This document shows, piece by piece, positions 36,346 to 48,290 of a DNA stretch of 64,000 nt. Where the stretch lies: the NCBI GenBank assembly GCA_002269645.1, contig NIVC01001965.1:218254-282253 (forward strand), in the 5' to 3' direction. The translations under genes and the position numbers were made by a program. Numbering within the stretch: position 1 is the stretch's first letter; every line of letters starts with the position of its first letter. Source of the DNA: Macrostomum lignano. Taxonomy: Eukaryota. The notes beneath the pieces were generated by a model. The model saw only the letters and a list, made by a program, of their open reading frames with translations. It made no database searches and was not told the origin of the DNA.

Positions 36346-39300
36346 TTACAACACAGTTGTCTTCCGGTTGCAAATATTTCCGCTGATTCGTTCCTCCGAA
36401 AGCGTTGTCGAGGAAGCGAAAACGCTATAAGAAGGCGTTGGTTTCTCAACTGGATTCCCTAGGGTGGGATTGCTGCAGGTATTCGGTGAGGGCTCCAGAG
36501 AGCGCGTTCGGAAGCCAAGAAAAGCTCGCTGAAAAAGTTGAACCAAGGCTTCGCTCAGCCAAATCTGAAATTGCCAGTACGTTGTGCTTTAATTGCAAAG
36601 TGCGCTATTAACTGTGACACACTGATAGGTAGCTACTACGTGTATAGTTATCGTGCATGTTACGTGTATATACATATACATGTACAGCGATTGGAAGTAC
36701 AGGTAATCATGCAGCTTTTCTTACACTTCGAGATGCCCGAGCAAGGCGGACTTTCAGCACGATCTCGAAGGCAAGAGCCAATAACGACAGACCAAGCCCA
36801 GTTGCAAATGTGATGAACAGTCCAGTAAAAGCGTCCATGTTCAGCTTGCCAGGTGTGGACTGCGCACCTCCGAGGCCACCACTGTTGCTGTTGCGGCTGC
36901 TACAGGGCAGGCCCGAGATATTGTAGCTTTTAATCCAAGTATTCGACAGCTGGACAATGTACTGCTGCTGTATCAGCTGCAGAATCGCTTCGGTTAGCAT
37001 GTTCCGCAGGACGATGTCTGACGCGGGTAACAGTTGCGAAACGCTTTGTAGATCCAGTATAAAAATAACTCAATCATCTGTACCTCTGCTCTACCATTCT
37101 GCTCCCTTTTATCGGCTCCTTTGATCTTTTCCTGCGCAAAATTAGCTTCGACCGACTCTCCACCCTTCGATCCTACATCAAAAACTTTGATCTTACTCCA
37201 ACCCTCTAACCCTCCAACCCTCCAACACTCCAACCCTCCAACCCTCCAACACTCCAACCCTCCAACACTCCAACCCTCCAACACTCCAACCCTCCAACCC
37301 TCCAACCCTCCAACACTCCAACCCTCCAACCCTCAACACTCCAACCCTCCAACCCTCCAACCCTCCAACACTCCAACCCTCCAACCCTCCAACCCTCCAA
37401 CACTCCAACCCTCCAACCCTCCAACCCTCCAACCCTCCAACCCTCCAACACTCCAACACTCCAACCCTCCAACCCTCCAACACTCCAACCCTCCAACCCT
37501 CCAACCCTCCAACCCTCCAACCCTCCAACACTCCAACCCTCCAACCCTCCAACACTCCAACCCTCCAACCCTCCAACACTCCAACCCTCCAACCCTCCAA
37601 CCCTCCAACCCTCCAACCCTCCAACCCTCCAACACTCCACCCTCCAACCCTCCAACCCTCCAACCCTCCAACCCTCCAACCCTCCAACCCTCCAACCCTC
37701 CAACACTCCAACCCTCCAACCCTCCAACACTCCAACCCTCCAACCCTCCAACCCTCCAACCCACCGACCCACCAACTCTCCAACCCTTTAACCCTACAAC
37801 TTTCCCTTCAAACCTCCAACCCCCTCCACCCTAAAATCCCACACCCTTTCTCACTTTTATCCCTGAAACGCTTCTTCACTCCCTAGCTTGAGCTCCCTGC
37901 TCCTCAACCCACCCATCCATCCATCGGAAACTAAACGGAAAAAAGATAAACTCACTGCCCTGAGCCACCCCGAAGCCGAAGGCGCTCGGACTGAAGGTCT
38001 CGCCAACCTGGGTGAGCTCGCAGTCCCGCTCCCGGTAGAAATCAACCAGCGGCGACTCCAGGACGCCGGCGAAGCCGCCGACTCGAATGCGCCGAAGGGC
38101 GTCGGCGGGGCTCTCAATAAACGACGTCTGTCCGGTGGCGTTCCACTGCACCATCTTCTTGAACATCTTGCTGTAGATTGGGTCCTTGGAGGTCTGCGGG
38201 AATGCCAGTTCGGCGTCTCAAGCATGCGGTATGATTTATTTGTCAAGGAATGCATTTATAATGCACTTGCACTTAGTTACTCTAGTGCCTATCTCACTCA
38301 TTCACCCACCTCACTCATTCACCCATCTCACTCATTCACTCACTTCATTCATTAACTCACCTCACTCATTCACCCACCTCACTCATTCACTCACCTTACT
38401 CATTCACCCACCTCACTCATTCACCCACCTCACCCTCATTCACTCACCTCACTCATTCACCCATCTCACTCATTCACTCACCTCACTCATTCACTCACTT
38501 CACTCATTCACCCACCTCACTCATTCACTCACCTCACTCATTCACTCACCTCACTCATTCACCCACCTCAGTCATAAATTCACAGCTCACTCATTCACCC
38601 ACCCCAGTCATTCATTTGTTCACCACACTCATCTAATACCTCAATCTATTTCTAGCATTTTGCTATACCATTTTAACTTCAATTTTAAAAGCAACACAGG
38701 GCAAACCCACTGAGAAGAAGGTGTAGGTAGAGTCAGTAGATACAATGCTATATTTGATGCTCTCCTGGTTAACCAGCTGAGCCAAGGTGCTAATTTCATT
38801 GAGCTTGTTCACGGTCAGAAAGGCGGCCAAATTGGCGGTGTAACTGCTAATGATTACAAGGATGAAGAACCACCAGAATGCGCTGGCCAGACGAACAGAA
38901 AATGCTGTTGGCACAAGCTCGGAACCTGGGTGGTTTGCAGCGGTTTTAGTATGGGCTGTTCTAGGCTTGGAGTAGGAGCTGCGTCACATCTTTGCTGTCG
39001 TGTTCAGTTTCTCCACTTACACAGCCTCATGCTGTCTTTTATCTACTCTCTCTCCCACTCTTGTCTACTCTCTCCCAGCCTTGTCTACTCACTTCCAGCC
39101 TTATCTACTCACTCCCACTCTTGTATACTCTCTCCCACTCTTGTCTACTCTCTCCCAGCCTTGTCTACTCTCTCCCAGCCTTGTCTACTCTTTCTCTCTC
39201 CCACTCTTGTCTACTCACTCCCAGTCTTATCTCTCTCTCACTCTAATCTACTCTCTCCCTCTCTTGTCTATTCTCATAATTTTTATCTACTCTTTCTCAC

Positions 39301-42300
39301 CATTCTCTCCTCCTTTTCCATCTCATCTCTTCCTTTGTACTCTGCACGAGTCTACCTTGCTCCACTCGCTATCCAGCACTGCCCAGTGTGAAAGCATCCC
39401 CCGCGTGCTCACCTTGCTGCAGCAGTGAGCTGGCCGCGAACCACAGACTGTTGTGCAGAGAGAACACGTTCTCTTCCACTGGCCTGCAGGCGCTCCTGGT
39501 GAACCACTCGTACGGGCTCAGCCGCGCCACGATGAACACAAAAACGGTGAAGACGGCCAGAGCCAGCAGGGTGTACAGCCACACGTCTCTGTCGAACGGA
39601 TTGAGAAACTGGAACAAATCCGCCGGGACCTCAGTGCGCTTCATCAGCACGGCCAGGCCGAGGCCCATGAATGGCGTGGTGAAGTCAATTACCTGCGTGG
39701 GAGAATGTCATGTACACGTAAATCAAACCAAGGACCATAAGGGATGTAAAGGGGCAAAGTAGTTCAAGGCCGCTGCACTTGCAGACCGTGCAGATTTCCA
39801 GTTCTTCAGCACTGAATCCCCAATTTCTCACCTGCTGGACTTCCGAATTGCAAATGCAGCCAGCAGGTGTTTTGTCCGAGCTGCGCTCACAAGTTTATCA
39901 AGCTGCTTTTTCATGAACTGCTGCCGGAGACCGGCAAGCAAGCAAAGTTGCGGCGAAATTGCAGCCGCTCCTGCCTCTGCAGTGTTTTGTCTGGACGGAT
40001 TTGTCTATGGCCAAACCCCACTCAAAGCAGAACTGCAAAATCCCTTTAGAAAACACAAGTGTTTCTTCTGATCTTTGCCGCTCTCTAATAATACGTTTTC
40101 AAACTTTTTAAAAACGAAATTGTCAACGCAGCTCGGACAAAACACCTGCTGGCTGCATTTGCAATTTGGAAGTCCAGCAGGTGAGATATTGGGAATTTAG
40201 TGCTGAAATACTGAAAAATTCCCATCTCGCCAATGCGAGAAAGATATCAGTGGTGTGTTCATATATAGACAACGCCCACACCCCATCCTCGCTGACTAAC
40301 AGGAGACATGCTACACAAGGACGCCATGCAGGGCCCCCATTTTGTAGAAGAATTAGTAAACGGCTAATTGTCGTTTGAAATGCGCCAAGGACATGGAACG
40401 ATTTCCATTCTTTAGAAACGACTCAACAGTCACATGAGTGCTTCATTCTCTTCTTCTAGCAGCAGGTCCCTCGATTGAGCCGATTGAGCCCTGTTGTCCC
40501 CAGAGGCCCGCTGAAGTCCCTCACCCGCTCCCTCTCGTAGGTGACGCTGAACGGCCCGACAGCGACGTCTGCATTCCCGGCCATGACCTCCCCAACCATG
40601 CCGCTCCATTTTTCCACTCCGGTAGCCGACGTGGAAATCCGAATTCCCGGCGTCCCGTCCGGCGCCCCGTAGATCCGGTAGTCCAGCCCGTTGATGTCGG
40701 CCACACGGGCGAACAGGTCGATGGCCAGGCCGAACCACCGGTCATTGCCGTACACCGGCTGGCCGCGGCTGTCGCGGGTTCTGTACATCACAAACGGAGG
40801 ATACTCGGCCGTCACCACCGACAGGTTGCGGTGCCGGATCCAGTCTAGCTGTACAGTCGAGTGGCGAGAGTCGGCCGCGCTGGCGTTTGGCGTCGGCTGG
40901 AAGCCGCGGTCGAAACTCCAGGTGGCGAACTGAGGTGAAACGAGTTTAATTATAGGATTGCTTAGCTTTCATTGGCTCACTGGCCTCACTCCTCCAACCA
41001 CCTCACTTTGCCAACCACAACACTCCGCCAACCACCTCACTCCGCCACCCACCTCACCCAGCCAATCGCCTCACTCAGCCAATCACCTCACTTTTCCAAC
41101 CACAACACTCCGCCAACCACCTCACTCAGCCACCACCTCACTCCGCCAACCACCTCACTTCGCCAACCACCTCTCTCCGCGAACCACCTCACTCAGCCAA
41201 CCACCTCACTCCGCCACCCACCTCACTCAGCCAATCACCTTAATCCCTAATCAAACCCTTAGTTCTCAATTTCTAAAACTGTAGGAAGTGCTTGTGCGCT
41301 CGTGCTATTTACTATCCAAACTGATTGCATTTTCAATAGCATTTTAATGCGCAGAACTGGAGTAACCCATCATCTCGTTGAGGCACATCACCAATCAATA
41401 TCGATCTAGACTTACCTCACACACTGTTTATCGAATTCAATAAGGCAGATTTTCAATAATTCCACGCAGGTACGAGCGTAAAGTATTACACAAGGAGACA
41501 CTCTCATTCCCAGCGACTCAAATGGCAAACTCATGTTATCCGCCCGACTACATCAGCCTGTTCCAGCTTCCCTCTGCCTCATCGGCTCTCACCGGATTCA
41601 TGGAGTCCGGATCCAAGTGCAGAAACTGGAAGCTGAAGTTGACATGCCAGCTGCCGGCAATCCGCAGGCTACCCAGAGATTGGTAGATTTCAGTCTGCAA
41701 CAAATTCAATAGATTGATTTCAGAGCTTGAGAGGCTTGTGAGAATTTAAGCAAACACTTCAAAGGTACGGCTAGCAAGGTCAAATTGTAAATTTTGCAGT
41801 GCTGCTAACACTGCTTTTGTTTAGCCTATGCAAATAGCTCGTGTATCAAGCAAATAGAAATTTCATTTTCTAGCCCAAGGGTGAAATTCTTGATTTTAAG
41901 ATACCAGTGCATATTGCAGAATCATAATAAGGAATTCAAGCTTATGATTTGTTACGGTCACCGTCTTTCATCTCGAGATCTTCTCGAGTCATTCTTCTCC
42001 CTTCTAAAAATCCTTTGAGCTAATGGATTGCTTCTCAAAATCATTTTGGGCCGTTCTTCTTCCTACGTAAAATGATTTTGAGTCATTCTTCTTCCTACTT
42101 AAAATCATTTTGAGTCATCGTCTTTTCTCATGATCCTCTGACTGCCGCCACCCACTCCCCACCCGAGAGTTGCCCCCCCCCAGCTCCCTCACAACGATTC
42201 GGTCCCTCAAGCCGGCTGCTGCCAGTCTCTCGACGCCGCAGTCGCCGCCGCGTAGTAGAGCGGCCGAGTCGGCCATAGCTGGGCCGCCCGCCTCTGCCGC

Positions 42301-44876
42301 CAGGCTATTCAGCGCCTCGCTGATCAGCGCCTGCCCGCGTTGCCACCGTTGAAGCTCGGACTGCAAGCCAGAATGGCACAGCCTGCTCCAAGTTACTGGC
42401 AAGGTCAACTTTCGTACTTGAAATAATCGATCTTCGATCGCAAATACTCACGGAGAATCCGGAGCCCGGTTCTAGCGGCACTGCGTCAACTATTGTTGCA
42501 TTAACGCCCGACAGCATGTGTTGGGCTATGTGGCTTCGGTAGTAGCTCACGTTTACCTGTTGGAATTGATTTTAAGGGAGGTGGTTAGCGGAGGTGGTTG
42601 GCGGAGGTGGTTGGCAGAGTGAGGTGGTTGGCGAAGTGAGGTGGTTGGCGGAGTGGGGTAGTGGCTGAGTGAGGTGGTTCGCGGAGTGAGGTGGTTGGCG
42701 GAGTGAGGTGGTTGGCGGAGTGAGGTGGTTGGCGGAGTGAGGTTGTTGGCAGAGTGATGTGGTTGGCGGAGTGAGGTGGTTGGCGAAGTGAGGTGGTTCG
42801 CGGAGTGAGGTGGTTGGCGGAGTGAGGTGGTTGGCGGAGTGAGGTGGTGGCTGAGTGAGGTGGTTCGCGGAGTGAGGTGGTTGGCGAAGTGAGGTGGTTG
42901 GCGGAGTGAGGTAGTGGCTGAGTGAGGTGGTTCGCGGAGTGAGGTGGTTGGCGAAGTGAGGTGGTTGGCGAAGTGAGGTGGTTGTTGGAGTGAGGTGGTG
43001 GCTGAGTGAGGTGGTTGTTGGAGTGAGGTGGTTGGCTGAGTGGGCGGTTAAAAGGTTTATGCTGCCTGCGGTGTCAAATGACCCGTAAAACTTACCGACC
43101 CGATGTACAAGTAGCTGTACTGCGGTCCAGTACACCTGGCGATTTCAGCCTGTCAAAGTGAATTTATTATTCGTAATAAATTATATTTTTTTGAAATATA
43201 CTGTTTCGTTAATCATAATTGACCATTCAGCGAAACATACAACTAGTCTAATCATATCATTTGACAACCTACTAGGGATAGAATATCCCGGAAATTCCTG
43301 TCCGAAGTATCCACCAGGATATTGTTCAGATTGGCGTCCTTGATCCAGCGTAGCGCGCTGAGCGTCTCGTTCTGTTTGGCCGGGTTGTAAAGCCGAAAAT
43401 AGACGGGTCTATAAGCTCTGTTTAGCAGGGTGACGTACTTGGCCAGGTCTGCGGGGTTAGATTCATGCAGAGGTTGGAGAAGTTAAGCAAAGTTGGGCGC
43501 GGATAGTAAGAGTATATGAGTATATAAGTAATGCTCGTCGAACTAAAATTGAGACGGCACATTTGATTACCGAGGCTGCTCACCAGCGGCAACTCACCCG
43601 CATTGAAATCGTGCAGCACCACAAATGAAGTCCATTCCAGCCAGCCAACAGCTTGGCTGAGCAGTTCCCCTAGCAACAGTTGGCTGGGATAGAACTCCAC
43701 AGAGTTTCCGCTCCACTCTGCCGGCAGGCGTTCGAGCTGCGGTGATGCTGACGTCAGGACGCACGACAGGCCGCTGCGGCTGCAGGCCTGGCGAGTGGCC
43801 GGATGGTGGCCGGACACCAACAGTGACAGCGGCATTGCCGACGGGTTGGAGAGCTCGGTGCACACTGGCGGGTGGTTTTGAGGAGGAAGGGGGCACCGGA
43901 TGGAGCGAAAGCTTGGGGAATTGGGACTAAGTGCAGGAGATTGGGTAAATACTAAGTGCAGGGGAATTGGGACACAAATCTTTGGGGAATTGGGAAATAA
44001 TCTTGGGGTATTGGGACACTAAGCTTGGGGGTATTGGGACACTAAACTTGAGGGTATTGGGACACTAAGCTTGAGGGTATTGGGACACTAAGCTTGGGTA
44101 TTGGGACACTAAGCTTGGGGGTATTGGGACACTAAGCTTGAGGGTATTGGGACACTAAGCTTGAGGGTATTGGGACACTAAGCTTGGGTATTGGGACACT
44201 AAGCTTGGGGGTATTGGGACACTAAGCTTGGGGGTATTGGGACACTAAGCTTGGGGGTATTGGGACACTAAACTTGGGGGTATTGGGACACTGAGCTTGG
44301 GGGTATTGGGACACTAAGCTTGGGGTATTGGGACACTAAGCTTGAGGGTATTGTGACACTAAGCTTGAGGGTATTGGGACACTAAGCTTGGGCGTATTGT
44401 GACACTAAGCTTGGGGGTATTGGGACACTAAGCTTGGGGGTATTGGGACACTAAGCTTGGGGGTATTGGGACACTAAGCTTGGGTGTATTGGGACACTAA
44501 GCTTGGGTATCGGGGCACTAACTTTGGGACACTAATGCTGCATGAAATGTTGCACCAGTGGGGACAGCTCAGTCGGCCGCCTTGCTTTCTCACCGTTCCT
44601 TGTCGCCGCAGCCTCGTCTAGCGGCAACTCCCAGACTCCGCGAGCAATCACCGCAGCGTCACTTTGGTGCCCTGTGAATTTTATGGAGATATTCACTAAT
44701 ACCGATGGTACTATGTTTCTAAATTAGTTAGCATATTCTAAATTTCATGAAAATTTCATAATGAAAAGCTCACAGGCGTGGTAAGTCCACCTGATCGAGT
44801 CCTGCTGAACAGTCTGGCTTCTGTGCAGCTGCGGCAGCAGAAAGAAAATCCAAAACCAGCTGACCGAAGCTGCCAT
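36346..44876 (-). CDS. Ionotropic glutamate receptor subunit (non-NMDA, AMPA/kainate/delta-like), about 900 aa, 14 exons
   Basis: complement(join(36346..36564,36725..37017,37956..38193,38711..38925,39413..39692,40525..40929,41593..41694,42193..42360,42452..42556,43096..43149,43273..43448,43598..43864,44594..44671,44774..44876)); all GT-AG, phases chain, 2703 nt. It has a signal peptide MAASVSWFWIFFLL, S1 [36 protein letters not shown], M1, pore SLWFAASSLLQQG, M3 SSYTANLAAFLTV, S2 VLES..DCELTQVGE, M4 AFTGLFITFATGLGLSLLALAFE and C-terminal TTVL. The ATD exons are less certain. Confidence 0.92.
37195..37790. repeat. 8-bp (ccaaccct/ccaacact)n minisatellite
   Basis: About 72 units in an iGluR intron. 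Confidence 0.95.
38290..38630. repeat. (cactcatt/cacccacct)n low-complexity array
   Basis: Degenerate short repeats in an iGluR intron. Confidence 0.85.
39040..39330. repeat. About 20-bp CT-rich minisatellite
   Basis: Unit like cttgtctactctctcccagc. Confidence 0.8.
39768..40235 (-). mobile_element. TIR-bounded non-autonomous element, copy 2
   Basis: Inverted near-identical copy of 28799-29165, with longer internal inverted arms (gcagctcggacaaaacacctgctggctg). Confidence 0.75.
40985..41240. repeat. 17-bp minisatellite (ccaaccacctcactccg)
   Basis: Reverse complement of the array at 42585-43045. Confidence 0.9.
42585..43045. repeat. 17-bp minisatellite (gagtgaggtggttggcg)
   Basis: Period 17 (42701 to 42718), about 26 copies. 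Confidence 0.95.
43975..44535. repeat. 22-23-bp minisatellite
   Basis: Unit ttgggggtattgggacactaagc, about 24 copies. Confidence 0.95.
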
Positions 44877-45092
44877 AGTCTATCGGCAGTCCTGCTAGAG
44901 CTCAGCTTACCTGGCTTGAATCAGTCTCGGGTTACAATCAGATATGCAAGCCGCTGACTGAGAGCAGGTGCACCTCCCCCTCCCGCAGCATCAGCTCTGA
45001 CTGGATGGGAGGCTCGGTGCCATGAAACTCGGTCTCTTAAGGACGAATCTGACTTGTCTGCACCCAGCTAAGATAGCTTGAGCTTGAGCATT

Positions 45093-46490
45093 TACGGAGC
45101 TTAATTAATGATTTGTTTGATTCTTTATCGATTGAGTTGTACGGAGCTTAATTAATGATTTGTTTGATTCTTTATCGATTTTGAGTTGTACGGAGCTTAA
45201 TTAATGATTTGTTTGATTCTTTATCGATTGAGTTGTACGGAGCTTAATTAATGATTTGTTTGATTCTTTATCGATTTTGAGTTGTACGGAGCTTAATTAA
45301 TGATTTGTTTGATTCTTTATCGATTGAGTTGTACGGAGCTTAATTAATGATTTGTTTGATTCTTTATCGATTTTGAGTTGTACGGAGCTTAATTAATGAT
45401 TTGTTTGATTCTTTATCGATTGAGTTGTACGGAGCTTAATTAATGATTTGTTTGATTCTTTATCGATTTTGAGTTGTACGGAGCTTAATTAATGATTTGT
45501 TTGATTCTTTATCGATTGAGTTGTACGGAGCTTAATTAATGATTTGTTTGATTCTTTATCGATTTTGAGTTGTACGGAGCTTAATTAATGATTTGTTTGA
45601 TTCTTTATCGATTGAGTTGTACGGAGCTTAATTAATGATTTGTTTTATTCTTTATCGATTTTGAGTTGTACGGAGCTTAATTAATGATTTGTTTGATTCT
45701 TTATCGATTGAGTTGTACGGAGCTTAATTAATGATTTGTTTGATTCTTTATCGATTTTGAGTTGTACGGAGCTTAATTAATGATTTGTTTGATTCTTTAT
45801 CGATTGAGTTGTACGGAGATTAATTAATGATTTGTTTGATTCTTTATCGATTTTGAGTTGTACGGAGCTTAATTAATGATTTGTTTGATTCTTTATCGAT
45901 TGAGTTGTACGGAGCTTAATTAATGATTTGTTTGATTCTTTATCGATTGAGTTGTACGGAGCTTAATTATTGATTTGTTTGATTCTTTATCGATTGAGTT
46001 GTACGGAGCTTAATTAATGATTTGTTTGATTCTTTATCGATTGAGTTGTACGGAGCTTAATTAATGATTTGTTTGATTCTTCATCGATTGAGTTGTACGG
46101 AGCTTCATTATTGATTTGCTTGATTCTTTATCGATTGAGTTGTACGGAGCTTAATTAATGATTTGTTTGATTCTTCATCGATTGAGTTGTACGGAGCTTC
46201 ATTATTGATTTGTTTGATTCTTCATCGATTGAGTTGTACGGAGCTTCATTATTGATTTGTTTGATTCTTCATCGATTGAGTTGTACGGAGCTTCATTATT
46301 GATTTGTTTGATTCTTCATCGATTGAGTTGTACAGAGCTTAAGTATTGATTTGTTTGATTCTTCATCGATTGAGTTGTACAGAGCTTAAGTATTGATTTG
46401 TTTGATTCTTCATCGATTGAGTTGTACAGAGCTAATTAATGATTTGTTTGATTCTTCATCGATTGAGTTGAACGGAGCTCCATTATTGAT
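45093..46490. repeat. 47/49-bp minisatellite with 96-bp higher-order dimer, about 29 units
   Basis: Unit tacggagcttaattaatgatttgtttgattctttatcgatt(tt)gagttg; starts at 45093, 45140, 45189, 45236 and 45285 alternate 47/49. Confidence 0.97.
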
Positions 46491-47275
46491 TTTGTTTGCA
46501 GGAAATTGAATCGGCCTGAATTAGTAGAAAATGTGCGTTCAATCCAGATTTCTATCTTGAGTCGTCCGTGGATCCGTCCATGAAGTAAGAGTCAAGAGTC
46601 TCAAGAAGGTCTAGCTGTCCTTTTCCCAGGCAAACCTGCTTCCCAGATCAAATACCATTAGAAACTAACGCTCTCCTCTTTTTTTCTTGACTTTATGTTT
46701 ACCTTATATGCTCGTATATCACTTCATGAGTATGAATTAGCGCTAGGAATTTATTGTACACTTCCCAACAGGAAGGAATTGCTTCAATAGAAAAAGGCCT
46801 CCTCTTTCAGCCTCGATGACCTAAAATTCAATGGATAAATATGAGCGTATATCCGCTCGTGTATGCATGCAAATTATATATTACAGTGATTTCTTGCTAA
46901 GAACATTTTAGCAGTGCTTACGGACCACTCTGCTGCTCAGAGTTGGCAAGTCAATCAAGGTACAGCTGATGTCACGGTATGCCTGCTCTCCATTGTGTTT
47001 GCTTTTCATGTTCTAGCTAGTGTACTTCTCAGAGTACTGTGTGAGAGGACTTCAACAAGATGTTGCAATCAGTTTTTCCATACAATAGTAATGGCTCTTC
47101 TAGCTGCTCTTTGCCAACAAGCTTTCAAGCTCATTTTAGTTCATTTTTTCTACATAGATACTCACTGTCTTCACCCTATTTACTGTGGTCGCTCTTGGGT
47201 TTTTGATTATTCGATCACAAAAGATATCCTTGATTTGAGATTCAATCGTAGGAATATGAGTGCTTGAGAGGGCTG

Positions 47276-48031
47276 CAGTGACAGTGACAGTGATAGTGAC
47301 AGTGACAGTGACAGTGACAGTGACAGTGACAGTGACAGTGACAGTGACAGTGACAGTGACAGTGACAGTGACAGTGACAGTGACAGTGACAGTGACAGCG
47401 ACAGTGACAGTGACAGTGACAGTGACAGTGACAGTGACAGTGACAGTGACAGTGACAGTGACAGTGACAGTGACAGTGACAGTGACAGTGACAGTGACAG
47501 TGACAGTGACAGTGACAGTGACAGTGACAGTGACAGTAACAGTGACAGTGATAGTGATAGTAACAGTGACAGTGACAGTGATAGTGACAGTGACACTGGC
47601 AGTAACAGTGACAGTGATAGTGATAGTGACAGTGACAGTGACAGTGACAGTGACAGTGACAGTGACAGTGACAGTGACAGTGACAGTGACAGTGACAGTG
47701 ACAGTGACAGCGACAGTGACAGTGACAGTGACAGTGACAGTGACAGTGACAGTGACAGTGACAGTGACAGTGACAGTGACAGTGACAGTGACAGTGACAG
47801 TGACAGTGACAGTGACAGTGACAGTGACAGTGACAGTGACAGTGACAGTGACAGTGACAGTAACAGTGACAGTGATAGTGATAGTGACAGTGACAGTGAC
47901 AGTGACAGTGACAGTGACAGTGACAGTGACAGTGACAGTGACAGTGACAGTGACAGTGACAGTGACAGTGACAGTGACAGTGACAGTGACAGTGACAGTG
48001 ACAGTGACAGTGACAGTGACAGTGACAGTGA
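47276..48031. repeat. (GTGACA)n hexamer microsatellite, about 125 copies
   Basis: Seen directly. Confidence 0.98.
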
Positions 48032-48038
48032 CTTTGTT

Positions 48039-48290
48039 GCTTCGTAGCTTAGGAGGCAGAGCGCATTTGACTCTCGCGCCCAAGGCCCTTGGTTCGATTC
48101 CATGAGCGGTCACATTCAGTTGGGGCTGGTGTGCACGAAAATTGGCCGGGCAGGTTTTCGTGCGATTCACAGCCATGTGGGCCAACACTCAAGGCACAGA
48201 GAGTGTACATGCCTGACGATTAGAAAGTCAGGGCCGCTGTACACCCTGTGTGAGCGTGCATGAGTGCGTGCCTGAGTACAGTATTGGCGC
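48039..48290 (+). mobile_element. tRNA-derived SINE, family B (most complete copy)
   Basis: A-box tagcttaggagg, B-box ggttcgattcc, no acceptor stem. The body is shared with 26945-27095, 27795-27868 and 17072-17160. Confidence 0.75.

Noticed and set aside
37121-37834. Repeat-peptide ORFs here and at 25007-25519, 30912-31304, 32087-32608, 42572-43135, 58217-58896 and 62091-62904
   Set aside because: All coincide with intronic or intergenic simple repeats and lack domain signatures.
48039-48112. Functional tRNA gene
   Set aside because: A and B boxes are present but the acceptor stem cannot pair, and the sequence continues into a dispersed repeat body, so it is a SINE head.
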